A DNA stretch of 64,000 nt from positions 7,080,202 through 7,144,201 of the forward strand of contig CM082588.2 of the NCBI GenBank assembly GCA_040954595.2. The letters run 5' to 3'. A program made the translations under genes and the position numbers. Under the pieces are notes generated by a model. It worked only from the letters and a program-made list of their open reading frames with translations. It was not told where the DNA came from and did no database searches. Of the stretch, positions 34,901 to 47,153 are shown piece by piece (the stretch's first letter is position 1; every line of letters begins with the position of its first letter). The stretch comes from Balanoglossus misakiensis. Its lineage: Eukaryota; Animalia; Hemichordata.

Positions 34901-37900
34901 AGCATAATCATTGTTTGCTTGGTACTATCATTTTAGTCATCAATTGGACTTAAATATATTTAGGGCCCAAGCGCATACCAGCGCTTGGGCCCTATTGGTT
35001 TCGTTGGGGTTTTTCTTTCTTTCTTTCTTTCTTTCTTTATTCTTGTGTCAATTCTTTGTCGCTCTAGATCTCAGACACCGCTGCAGGTACACTTCTCAAA
35101 CTTTCTACAGTGGTCAAGGTCAATGAGTAGTCGTGCATTGAACCCATGAATTTTTAATTAGTCACGTGACCTGGCGGCCATATTGGATTTTCTGAAAAAA
35201 TGCAAATCTCAGATCTCAGAAACTACAAGTCAGATCGACTTCAAATTTGGTGTGCAGGTAGATGACATTCTGCCCATCATTTTTGTAATTGGAAATTATG
35301 CTGTCAATGTTGCAGTTTTTTTGCTACAATTTTTTTTCTGAAATCTGGCTTAAATTTCAAAAATCTTCTTCTCCAGAACCGGTGATAACCGAGACACGGG
35401 GTTTGGGGTATGTGGTCACCTATCTGATGTCTATCAAGTTTGCGAAAATCATTGTGATTGGTCGAAGATTATGGCGGCCATATTGGATTTTCGAAAAACC
35501 ATAGTAAAACTTCAAAAATCTTCTTCTCAAGAACCGGCGATAATTGAGTCACAAGATTTCGGCAGTATGGTCACTATACTGATGTCTATCAAGTTTGCAA
35601 AGAGCATTGTGATTGGTCGAAGATTATGGCGGCCATATTGGAATTTGCGAAAAACGATTAAAAAGTAAAAATTCCCTTTCTAGCCTAAAAATTGATAGCA
35701 CAGAAATTCTTTTTATGGATATGAATCATCATATGACTACAATGTGCTATAAATATTTTGGTAATTTTGGCAATGACCTTTGACCTACTTTTGACGCATC
35801 ATTTTTCTGAATATCTTATTCCAGGCTAACCAATAGGGCTGTAAGTTTGGTTTTTGATGTATGTGGATTAGTGTGTGATCAAAATATTTTGCTACTTTTC
35901 ACGACCCCTTTGACCCCTTCTGACCTCATTAATTATGTGCATAGCTAATTACAGGCGAACCAATAGACCTAGAGGTTTTGTTTTTGTTGGACAGGACCAG
36001 TATGGGGTCAAATGTTTTTACCCAAATGTTGGGTGACCTCTGGTGACCTTTGACCTACTTTCGCAAATGTCAGCATCCACAGCAGATACAGCCTTGGCGT
36101 TTGGAGGTATGGGGCCATAATGAAAAGCCAAAGTTTTGGGTCACCTGTGACACCTGCTTAACTCATTATTTATGTGCATACCTAATTCCGGGCTAACCAA
36201 AAGGGCTAGAGGTCTGGTTTTTGTTGGACATGGACCACTATGGGTCAAAATTTTCTGCCCAAATTGTGGGTGACCTCTGGGTGACCTTTGACCTACTTAA
36301 CACTATATCAGCACTAAACATAGATATAATCTTGATATTTCATGGGATAAAACACAACATCATGTTTCTACTCATTAATTATGTGCATATCTAATAATCA
36401 GATCAGATAATAGAGCTTGGGCCCGGACAATGCTGCTTGCAGCTTTAATGTTTGATTGTTTTTCCACAAGAAATTTTGCTCATTCCACACATGGTTGAAA
36501 TCAAATGGGGTGTGATACGGTTTTGAAAAGGACAAAATCACAGTCAATGGTAACACAGCAAAAATAGTTAAACCAGACACCAAAGGGACCCAAAAAATAT
36601 CGCTGGATTACAACTGAGAAAGACATTCTTTGAAGACAGGCTCCAGATTATCACTGTACATGATTACATAGGAAATAAGTAGTCTGCCAAGAGCAGACAC
36701 AGTTTCAACATTGACAATGTGTTCTATTCTAATTTCACTGATTATGATGGATGTGTTTTCTCTTTCTAGAGTGGATTACTGACGATCTACTGACAACAAT
36801 ACAGAAGAGACCCGACTTGATCCAGAAATTATCTGATCCAAGGTTCAGCCAGGCTCTTGCAAAGTTTCAGACAAATCCAGAGCTTGCTGCCCAGGAGTAT
36901 GCAAGCAATCCAGAAATTCAGAAGTTTTTCAGTGATTTCTCGAGTATATTAGGTCAGTCGCGTTCTTTCAATCTTGGTAATAAAATACGTTTCATAACTT
37001 TCGTTATCAGAGTCAGCAATACCAAGAGATTATATAGATCAGTCATTCTATCATTTGATTTCAGGTAAATGATATTAACATGTTTATAATTATATGCCAA
37101 AATTTCGGTATAGTTTGTGAAACAGGTAGAAATGATGTTATACTGGTATGCACACTCAAACCATTATCAGTTTAGCCCAGCACAATAAGACATCCCTGAG
37201 AATGGTCTAGTATAGCAGACAAGTCATAGCTGTCAAGGTGACCCCACAGGCTTTTACTGCACCAGCGACAGATATGTAATTCACACCAGTAAACTGTGTG
37301 GGACATTTAAGACAATTTGAGAGGAAATGGGTCATAAATTTCATCTTTCTCCATCGCAGGTGATCATTTTACCAACTTGGCCGAGAAGCAGTCACCAACA
37401 GCGCCCCCTAGTGGCGGAGTCCATCCAGGCGGTATCAGAATGCATGAAGGCCAAGGAGCAGACATCCAAGTACACAGTGACCGACCAGAAGCCAGCGCTG
37501 AAGACATGAAACAAATGCAAGAAATCCTCAGTAGACCCGGCATCCAGGAAATCATACAAGATCCGAAGATACAGAGTTTGATGGAGCTGCTTAGATCAAA
37601 CCCTGATGATGCACAAAGGTAAACTGTTGTTTTTGTTGAACATTGTACGTGCATGTACGAGACTTGCCAGCCAAACTTTGCCTCCAGATTGGTCTTCATT
37701 ATGTAGTATAATATATAATGTAGTATAATACATGTGGTTGCGTAGGATTTCAACCAACCAGCAGACTGAACAGATTTATACAATGTACAATACATCAATT
37801 TAGAATTTTTTTTTTTTCCTGTTGAACAGAATAATACAGAGAGCTGATCCTGAAATGAAACGGAAGGTTCAGACGTTGGTTGATGCGGGACTTTTGGCAT

Positions 37901-37911
37901 TTGCATCATGA
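28908..37911 (+). CDS. Uncharacterised STI1/HOP DP-repeat domain protein, 6 exons, 322 aa
   Basis: Exons 28908-28926, 34133-34332, 34619-34844, 36770-36952, 37360-37618 and 37830-37911 join in frame (969 nt): MADDADEIPPLEDM..GGMKKGFLFG..WITDDLL..LIQKLSDPRFSQALAKFQTNP..QEIIQDPKIQSLMELLRSNPDDAQR..KVQTLVDAGLLAFAS. Confidence 0.85.
28939..31829. mobile_element. 2.9-kb IS3EU-like element with long inverted arms built on a 21-bp minisatellite
   Basis: TIR tatggaaagccacagctgtcttaagtccattgttaccat. Arms 28939-29524 and 31139-31829 with unit tacatcattatacgctgtgca. TSD gaaaac at 28933-28938 and 31830-31835. Confidence 0.88.
29524..30780 (+). mobile_element. 5'-truncated Helentron-associated (HINE/DINE-1-like) element inside the IS3EU-like element
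   Basis: Homologous along its length to 34960-36449; ends gctgcttgcagctttaat. Confidence 0.65.
31851..33546. mobile_element. 1.7-kb IS3EU-like foldback element, copy 2 (spacer inverted relative to copy 1)
   Basis: Same termini as 13652-15349; TSD tgcaca at 31845-31850 and 33547-33552. Confidence 0.9.
34960..36449 (+). mobile_element. Helentron-associated non-autonomous element (HINE/DINE-1-like)
   Basis: 5' hairpin agggcccaagcgc..gcgcttgggccct, (CTTT)n microsatellite, internal tandem blocks, 3' sub-terminal cttgggccc and hairpin gctgc-tt-gcagc; no TSD. Confidence 0.7.
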
Positions 37912-38947
37912 CGAGCATCAGTGAATAATGATTATATGGCACCCAGTGTAAGCTTCATGACTTTGAATTGAACATTCCTGTATACAGCAATCTGAGCTGT
38001 ATTTCTACAAATCACACTGACAATAGCTAACAGCTTTGCAGTGACTAGTAGTGGTGAATGAATTAGCCACTGTTAGATGTAATAATCTTTTATACTAATA
38101 GCAGACAACACAAAATTTCAACAATCAAATATGACTTTTGCTATGCTGTGTACTATACATGTTTGTATCTATGTATATATTTGTAAGAAATTTTTACAGG
38201 ATTCATAAATAAACACTCAAACAGACATAAAATAACATTTTGCTAAGTGTATTATTTACATAAGCACGAATGTACAACTTCAAGTGGGTTATAATGGTTG
38301 ATACAAGTCTGTTGTAACTCAATAAATTAGATTACGTCAGACTTCTGTGGATGCAATGACTGATGACAAACAGGGCCAAAGAAAAACATTTCATGGATTA
38401 AACTTCAAAGGAGAGAACCATGCTGTTTTGAACATATGGTGACTGAACAACATTATGAAATGATCAAATGGTAAAAGTTGTTACATTTAGATCATCAAAT
38501 ACACTGAATACAACCCAATGCTGATACAAGTTACAAGTTGAGTAACTGCTGCAAAACTACACGTGCATACTCTTGCTATCCTCGAATTTCTCATTTCAAG
38601 TCAACAACTCTAGATATCTGCGAGTTCTGACACACTTGTGGAACAACATTTGAATTAAACCTAGTTGCAGAGGGTTGGAATTCTAGTCTTATGCTGAAAG
38701 AAGCATGAATTCTGTACACACTGTGCTGACTGCGAAATTTAAGGGGTAGGATGAACACTGGAATCTTGTAAATTGGTAACTTTTATTTCTATATTTTGGT
38801 CGGTATATTATATCGGAGAATAATTGTAATGATTAAGTATAGACTGCCAGCCATAAACATTGAGAGTTTTTCAAATTCATAACAAAAATACAAAACACTT
38901 GAAATTTGGGACATTTTGTAAAGTATCTTCTGGTAAATTATCTGCAG

Positions 38948-41900
38948 TTACTCTGGCAACAAGTCCTCTCCCAGTTCTTCATCAGCGAATTCATCTTCAG
39001 CTTTGTCTCGAGATCTTGCTGCTGTCTTTGGTCGCTCAATGCTGGGTCCAAGTGGATCAACATAGGATGCATCTAAAAAAACAAAAAGTGAATAATCTGA
39101 GTTCAAAGTATCTTAAAACCACCATGATTACATCTGATATCAAGTTTCTTATCATTGTCATAATCAGTGTGCCCATATGACGGGTCACTGACTCAACAAA
39201 CTCACTGGTGACTCAAGAAAGCTATCAACACTTCATGCAGAGGTACTGGGCTGACTCAGAGAAATTTTTAGAAATCCTTAAATTGACTCACAGCTTTTAA
39301 AAATTATGTTTGTTAGAGGGTACACTGGTCATCATGTTTTAATACGAAAAAGTGATGTGATTCAGATGTGATTTTCTGAATGGAGTCCATCAGATGAGAG
39401 AAAGTCAGATTGATTCTTACCAACTTCCTGGGGTTCATCTGCTTCATACGGATCATCGTTTTCCGGGAGACCTCTTCTGCGACCGCTTGTGGAGCGACTC
39501 CCCCTGGCACTGGATCGACTGCCCCCACTACCTCCACTTCCCGTACGACCTGAATCTAGACGCAAAAACACAAAATTCAAGGTGCAGTAGAAACGATGCT
39601 CACAAAAACAGTTTTCAGGATTTTTAAATTTACCACTTTCATAAGGGAAATTGACATTGTAGTTTGAAACTGTTTCAATAGCCTGTCTCAAATCTGAATC
39701 TCAAAATACAATACATCACAAAACACAAAGCTTTAGGATGACAAAACTAAAAAGCCGAAGCTGGCTTATTTTCATTACAGCAGCATAAACTATGAAATGG
39801 CAACTGTATATTATGGATGTACTTTATCAAGAAGTTTTCTTCGTCTGTGGATGGGATGGCATGAATTTTAGTTTTAACTGAGCATTTTAGTTTCACCGAG
39901 CTTTGTCAGTGAAGGTTAATGTTAACGTCAATATTTATACAAAGCAAAACAAAAACAAAAAACAAAACAAAAAACACAGAACAAGGATGGAGTTTGTGAG
40001 ATAGTTAGTATGAAGCACTGCACACATACCACTACCTGCGCTACCCCCACGAGGTCCCCGTCCACTTCCACGCCGAGTTCCACTTGTAACCCTCTGCGAA
40101 TAAATAAATAAATAAATAAATTAGTTAATTAATTAATAAATTATGATTATACCTTTTGCCAATAAAAGGAGAGTATCTGTTATATGTATCAAAATGATAA
40201 CTGATTTCTGGAGATAAGGTCAAGGTATAAGTAAATAAATTTTCGCATAGTGTGTGCTGGCCTTAACCCCTTCACTACCATGGTTTGGTCCAAATCTATT
40301 GGTTTCTATGGTAGAATTGGACCTTTATATAGGGAATTGGGGAGTATTAATTAAAGGGTGTGAACAGTGAAGGCTGTTAATGGCCAGCAGATACGCTTTC
40401 AAATCAAGACCACAAGCAAATAAAGAACAAAAAAAAATGTTTGTTTTTTCACTGTAAAAACATTAATTCTGACAAGAATCCAATTTCTTTTGTTTTGATG
40501 TTTGGGACACATGAGTTTTTATACAAAAGAAACAATGACTTGTAATTCAGAAACCATCAATTTGTAATGTAGCGAGCGTGAGACATTGATTACTTGTATT
40601 CCACAGTTAAGTTTATTCTGATAAAACATTTATCACAGAGTATTCCGTACCTGTTCTCTTTGTTCCTTTGCCTTCTCCGCTTTCTTCAATTTGGTCGCAT
40701 ACTCCTGTACTTCCTTCAGACCCATGTCAGTACATAGACGCACCAAGAATTTCAAACCTGCAAGAAACATGTCACGATTAATTAACCCTAACGCTGCCAA
40801 GTCAATTAAAACTGGTTTGATTTCCAGGGTGCCTAGAATCCTGGCTCCCAGGCCCGTTAGGCTGCCAAGTGTGTGTGTGACATCAAACTCACAAAGTGAG
40901 ATATGCATGTATTCACTATTTTCTATACATTTTCAAAAGCCATCCAAGTCAATTCAAATTCTTCGGATAAATGTATCTCAGTATCATCAGAAACTGTCAA
41001 CATATCATGATCGCACATAGGCCCAAAACAATCAATACAATGCACTATACTTACACTCAATGTTGTCTGGAAATTTCTTGTGTATAGATTTGTATGTCTC
41101 TAATGCCTGCTGGTAGTTACCTGTCAAGATAAAAATAAAATATGATCTCTGTATAAAAAGGTGACATTTGTCAACAATGTACATAATTACCTAAGGATCT
41201 TGAAATACATTTGAATATAACACTATAAAATTATCACATCAGTAATTCGAGTTGAGAATGACTCTGAATGAAGCAAACGATTTCTAGAAATAAATCAAAC
41301 CAAGTCTGGTGAAAAGATCACAAGCAAACAACCACAGCACATCTCGTAATGAGACTTACCACTACGTCGATGACAGCTAGCTATCATCAGTTGCCATTTG
41401 ACTTGGTTCGGTTGGATCACCGCGGCTCTCTCAAAATAATGAATGGCTTTCTCACAGAACTGGGAATCGATGTAATAGGCTCCCAGCCATTCAATAATCT
41501 CAATGTTGGACGGAAAATATCTGTAAGACTGGAAAAAAAGACAGAGTCTTGTCATGTATAATGCTAGCAATGGTGGTTGTGTGGTTGGTTTCTCTGCACT
41601 GTGTGTATGTCAGTTATGTACATAGCAATTCACATAGATTTTCTAAACACTCCCATAAAATGTCTTCGTAATATTAACATTCAGTGAAATGAATGCCAGT
41701 GACTGCTGTCACAACAAGGCAAGTCTGTCCACTGGTTCCATTTTCGTGGTTACAAAGACCATCAAATTACTAAGAGGCTCAAATTTGGCCCCTCATGGTA
41801 ATTTTGTTACAATTCACCCTATCAAGTATACATATCCAAGGGCCTTCTAAATCTAAATCTGCTCATGACAACAAAATTACACTTTTTGGAATTTTGAATG

Positions 41901-44900
41901 CACCTCAGATAATCTGTCGCTCCAAAAATATCACATAGTGAATTCTATCAATCACCATCAAGGTCTCAAATTTAAGCTCAGAACCACTAACATCTTATGG
42001 ACTATCTTAGTGGGTAATGAACTCAGATGTGAATTACAGATTTGACACCATATGACTTTTTATAATATACCTCAAACTAATACTGTGTTGTGATTCGCCA
42101 GAATCTGTCACATGATAGGAAAATAGAATTGACTGTGAATCCCTAGGGAAATAGCAGAAAAAATATAAACCGGTCACGTGACCACGGTTACTAGAAGAAG
42201 ACGGTTAGGAAACTCTATTGTTCGGAAGGTGTGAACGAGGTGTTAGCTAGGAGAGTACATGTCCAAACCGCTATGTGGGGTTGTATTGGGGAACGTGTTA
42301 ATTTTTGAACCCCTTCATCTGCCCTTTTTCGTCAGAGTACAGCGCCACTTTTTTTTTGTACAAGTTCCATATAGGCTTATGGAGTGCACGGTCATAGTCT
42401 GTTGGGCTTGCGACACTCTACCATTGTTTCTTGGGTGGTTAACTAAAAGTCCGGACTCAAATAGCGTCGAATTTTGAACCCCTAGAATTCAACCCTGATG
42501 GTCGCATTTCTGTTTTTTAAAAATATATTTAGATATTTTACACCTTTTTGTATTGCATGGGCTATTTCGTTTATTCCAATTGGAATATTTCGTTGAGATT
42601 GCATACCCATTTCGATACAGTCGTTAACATTATCGATATAGCCTTTGGCGGCCATCTTGTTTGTTTTGGTTCGCATCGAATCTCTAGGGCACAGTCAAGA
42701 CAAAGAATGTATGGCTTCATCATGTCCTTGAAAGTTCAAAATTGTCATAAATGTGCTGTGACTTTATAAATTATCCACTCTCTGTTCTGTTTTCCTCAAA
42801 TCTGGTGGTATACGTACTGTGCGTGCAAGCAATTCCGTAAACATGAGTATGGTTTGCTTTGGATTGTAGGGGTAATGACGTCATTTTGACCGAGCGGTCA
42901 GTTATTCTGTCTGTTTATTCGTATGGCCAGGCTCGTTAGCACCTGATATCTTTCGTTTACACTAAGTGTTTACCGAGGCGAGCATCTAACAATGGAGAAA
43001 AAATAGTTTCCTAACCGTCTTCTTCTAGTAACCGTGACGTGACTGATAGCATGAGGTTTATTATAAAACACCTATAGCCTGGCCTATATTCGGGCCATAG
43101 CAGCTGTTTTTACCCCCTCGTAACTCACAGCCTGCGGCCTCGGGAAATAGCATATGATTCTGGTAACTCACAGCCCCTCGGGTGTAATAAACGGCTGCTA
43201 TGGCCCTCATGGCTAGGCAATAGGTGTTCAATATGACCAAGACTTACTTCGTAATGATACTGGAAGGCCTGCGACTTGTCCCCCTCGCTATCGTACAATT
43301 CCCCGAGTCTGGACAAGATTCCCGGATCAGTGGTCACCACGCCAATCAACTGTAAGTACCACTCAGAGGCCTGGCTGGTATCCTCCATCATCTCGTAGCA
43401 ATTGGCTATTTGGTAGAGGACTTGGGGGCTGTTGCGCAGAATGGCGTGGAGTTTCAAGAAGCAGTCCAACGTGTCTTCAAACATTCCCATTTTCTTGAAC
43501 GTCAGTCCTGCACATTTCACAGAAAATGTAAAAGTTACACAATCGTTTTCCTCAAGAGAAAAATCATAGTAATTATCATCTACTATTTAAGTATAAAATG
43601 TAGTCCATTCTCACATAATCATTGTTAAAGTCATTTCACCCTGTCACCCCCAGTTCCCTCTATAGATGCCCAACTCTGCCATAGAAAACAATGGATTTGG
43701 ACCAAACCATGGTAGTGAAAGGGTAAATATGCATTATAACATGAGGGTCCATGCAGCCCAAATCTAAACTGTGCTCTCACTCACCTAAGTTGTACAAGGC
43801 TTCCGTGCACGACGAGTCTGTCCTGTAGGCTTCTTGATAGAACTCCCTAGCCTTCTCGTAATCTCCCTGTATATACAGACAGTTGCCCTTGTTGACCATG
43901 CCTGTAAAAGCAGACACCAGAAACAGTGCAAATTTAACCACTGTTACCATGAAAAATCAAAGTACATGTATAGCCAATCACAGATTTTCAGAAGGCCATT
44001 CAAAGACTTTGTCATGTCCCTTTTGACCTTATACATGTATAGGCATATGTAAATTAGAGGTGACAGCATGTTTTCCAGGTATATATGGTTTTACCCCCCA
44101 AAATTGACTTTTTTATATGTTATTAAGGAGATATAATACTACAGAAAACCGTTGAGAATTGTGAGTCTTTTATAGATTCTACAAAAGCTATGGAGAAATG
44201 GATGACTTTATAGGATGAAATAAAAAAAATTTTGTTGAAAAAAAAAAAGTTGAGAAACCTAGTGTTGCAATTTCTGGGGGGTAAGGTCCTTATGATTTCA
44301 TAAGTGCAGCCGACTAGTTTTTCATGGTCATTCCAGCACGAATAGTTCCAGAAGCATGAAAACAATAAACACAGACCAACTTACCACAGGGATTATATCT
44401 ATCAGCTTGCATGGCCATCTCAGCATACTTATCAGCCAACTGATAATCGTTTTGAAGGAAATACAGGAATGATAAATTAGTAGCCGCAGCACTGGCACAC
44501 TTGGATTCCTTCTTCTCAAATCCTTTCAGAGTCTCAATTGCCTGAAAGGAATCACAAAAAGGGGTCACACATCCTGGCATTTAAGGTCATACATCCTGGT
44601 TATGTCACACCAAACATGTTGTGATCTCAGCCAACAAATAACAGATTCTGAAATATAGCCAAATCTATACAAGGTGTAGATAATAGCCTGTCATAATTCA
44701 AAATGCAGTCTACACACAGCATGTGAATAGGCTACAGCAATAATATTTCTGAACCCAACAGAAACAAATGTATATTATTATTAATTAGCAAATTTTATGT
44801 GCTTTGAGCGACTCTTAGTTCCTCTTGCCCGCCTGTTACAACACATATCTACATCTGATCACTGTCTGTATACAGCAAAAAGAAACTCAGAGATTTACTT

Positions 44901-47089
44901 TCAGTAAATGATCATATACAGGTGAAATGGAGATCAAGAGACTCGAATTATTAAATTACCTGTGTTATGTCTTTCTGTTTGAGATACATCACAGCTTTGT
45001 TGATTTCCAAATCATTAGCCAATTCATTGAACATGGACGCTTTCACACAGTCAACACACCTGAAAAAACAAACAATGGATCATAATCAGCTCACACAAGA
45101 TGAAAACTGTGATTCACAAAATATCAGTGATAAACGGCTGACCTGGTAGTACACATAATGGTCAGACTAAAGAGTTAATGCCTGGCAATTGGCAAAACAT
45201 TACATTTGTTAACAATGGTTGCATGTACAGGTGCGACCAGGATAACCCTAGCTCTCACATTCAAGTCAACACACAGCATTATTATAGTAGATATAAACTG
45301 ACCAGTCATATCCCGTGGCAAAGGACGGTTCGATCGCTGGAGCAATGATCTTGGCAGCAGCCATCACATATCTCTCCATGTTGCTTTTTCTGTCAACAAA
45401 GAGACAATGAAAGTGGAAATCAGTAAAAAAATATTCTCTGCATTATGGCTGGAGGCTTAGTGGTAAAATATATTCAGAGTACTTAAAAATCTCGAGTTTG
45501 TGTTTTTCGATGACAAAAGTAAATGGGTCTGTCACTTACATATCCTTTTCTTTCACCCTGAGTGTGTCACTCTTGATGGCTTCTAACACCAAATTGGCAT
45601 GTTGGTCATCCTGTGAAAAATAATGTTATAAGTGATGATTTTTTTCTGGTCCTTTCCTATAGTACTACAGTGAATGAAACTTGAAAGGCAAATGTCAAAA
45701 TTTAAGCGAATTATCGTCTCAATACATTATTTCACAAATCTGGTGTTTTACTTTGTAAGTTGAAAAGAATGGTTACTGCTTGAATATGCACCATGGCAAA
45801 AAAAAAATCTGCTTCACTCTTTGCTTATAAAAATGTACATTCTGTTACAAATATATCAGCAACAATAGACAACACCAGTCATGTAAACTCTCCTAAGGAT
45901 TGCTCATGTCTTTTTCATGAAAATTCCAATTTAGAAGGTTTTGACTGACTATCAGTCCGACAGAAAGTCAACAAGCAATAATACATTACTAATACTAGTA
46001 TGCAAGTATGCACTACGTCTAAAATAGTCTGTTCCCCAACTACAAAGTGCCCAGCGCCCTCTACAGGTTGCCTTTTTTCGTTCTAAGAACACAATGCTAT
46101 GTCTACTGCAACACTGCAATATCGACAGTCACTGCCACAACTCACAGGATGTGGGAGGTACTTGTCCTCGTCATCAATATGCAGATCAACCTGCAACAAC
46201 TGTTGGAAGCTTCTCTTCATTTTGTCGCGATCGCCGATGCCAAAGAAACACAGGAGGAGATTGAAGGCCGTCTGGTAGTCGGGTTTCTCGCTCATGATGT
46301 GACTGAACGACGTGATGGCGTCGCTGTACTGACCCATCTTCACAAAGACGATGCCAATGTTCTGCATTATTTTGATTCTGTACAGAAAATAAGGAGAAAG
46401 ACAGAGAAATTTATACAAAGATGTCGTATTGTGACATAGCTACATTGAAACTTTTTCGCTGTTTTCATTATTTTTGTTTTGTGTATCTTATGCAGTTTCT
46501 TGTTCAAATTCCTGAACAGGATGAAATGTCCAGCATTCAGTTTATTAACACAAACTATACGTATACAGTCAAAATTGTTATTGTGAAAAATTTGAATTTA
46601 AGGCCGGACTAGAATTCATTTATCAACAATAACAATGGCTGTTACACACATACAGACTGCGTTGACAAGTGGTGTATTAGCATGCTGTGTGGAGTAAAGA
46701 AAGAAATTGCATTTGATTCACAGAACAAAAATACTGGAAATAAAGCCAAATATAAAGCTAATGTCTCTTTAATACTAATGCAAAAAAAAAAAAATCACAG
46801 AACTTTTTATCATTTCACATCACTATCTTTGTCTCTCTTACCTCATGTCTTTGTGAGTGTTGGGAACTTGATCCAGAGCCATTCTATAAAACTTGATGGC
46901 TTTGGGATAGTTGCGTTGCTTGAAGTAAATGTTTCCCATGTTGACCTTGAGACGACCTGAAACAGACCAGATTAATCCACATTTATTTCTTTAACATTGT
47001 AATACAAACAGTTTATCTGCAGACTACAGCGATGTAACTATTAAACATCCACTGTTCTACATCTCTCTCTGTTAATTTTTTCAAGGTAT

Positions 47090-47153
<64 letters not shown>

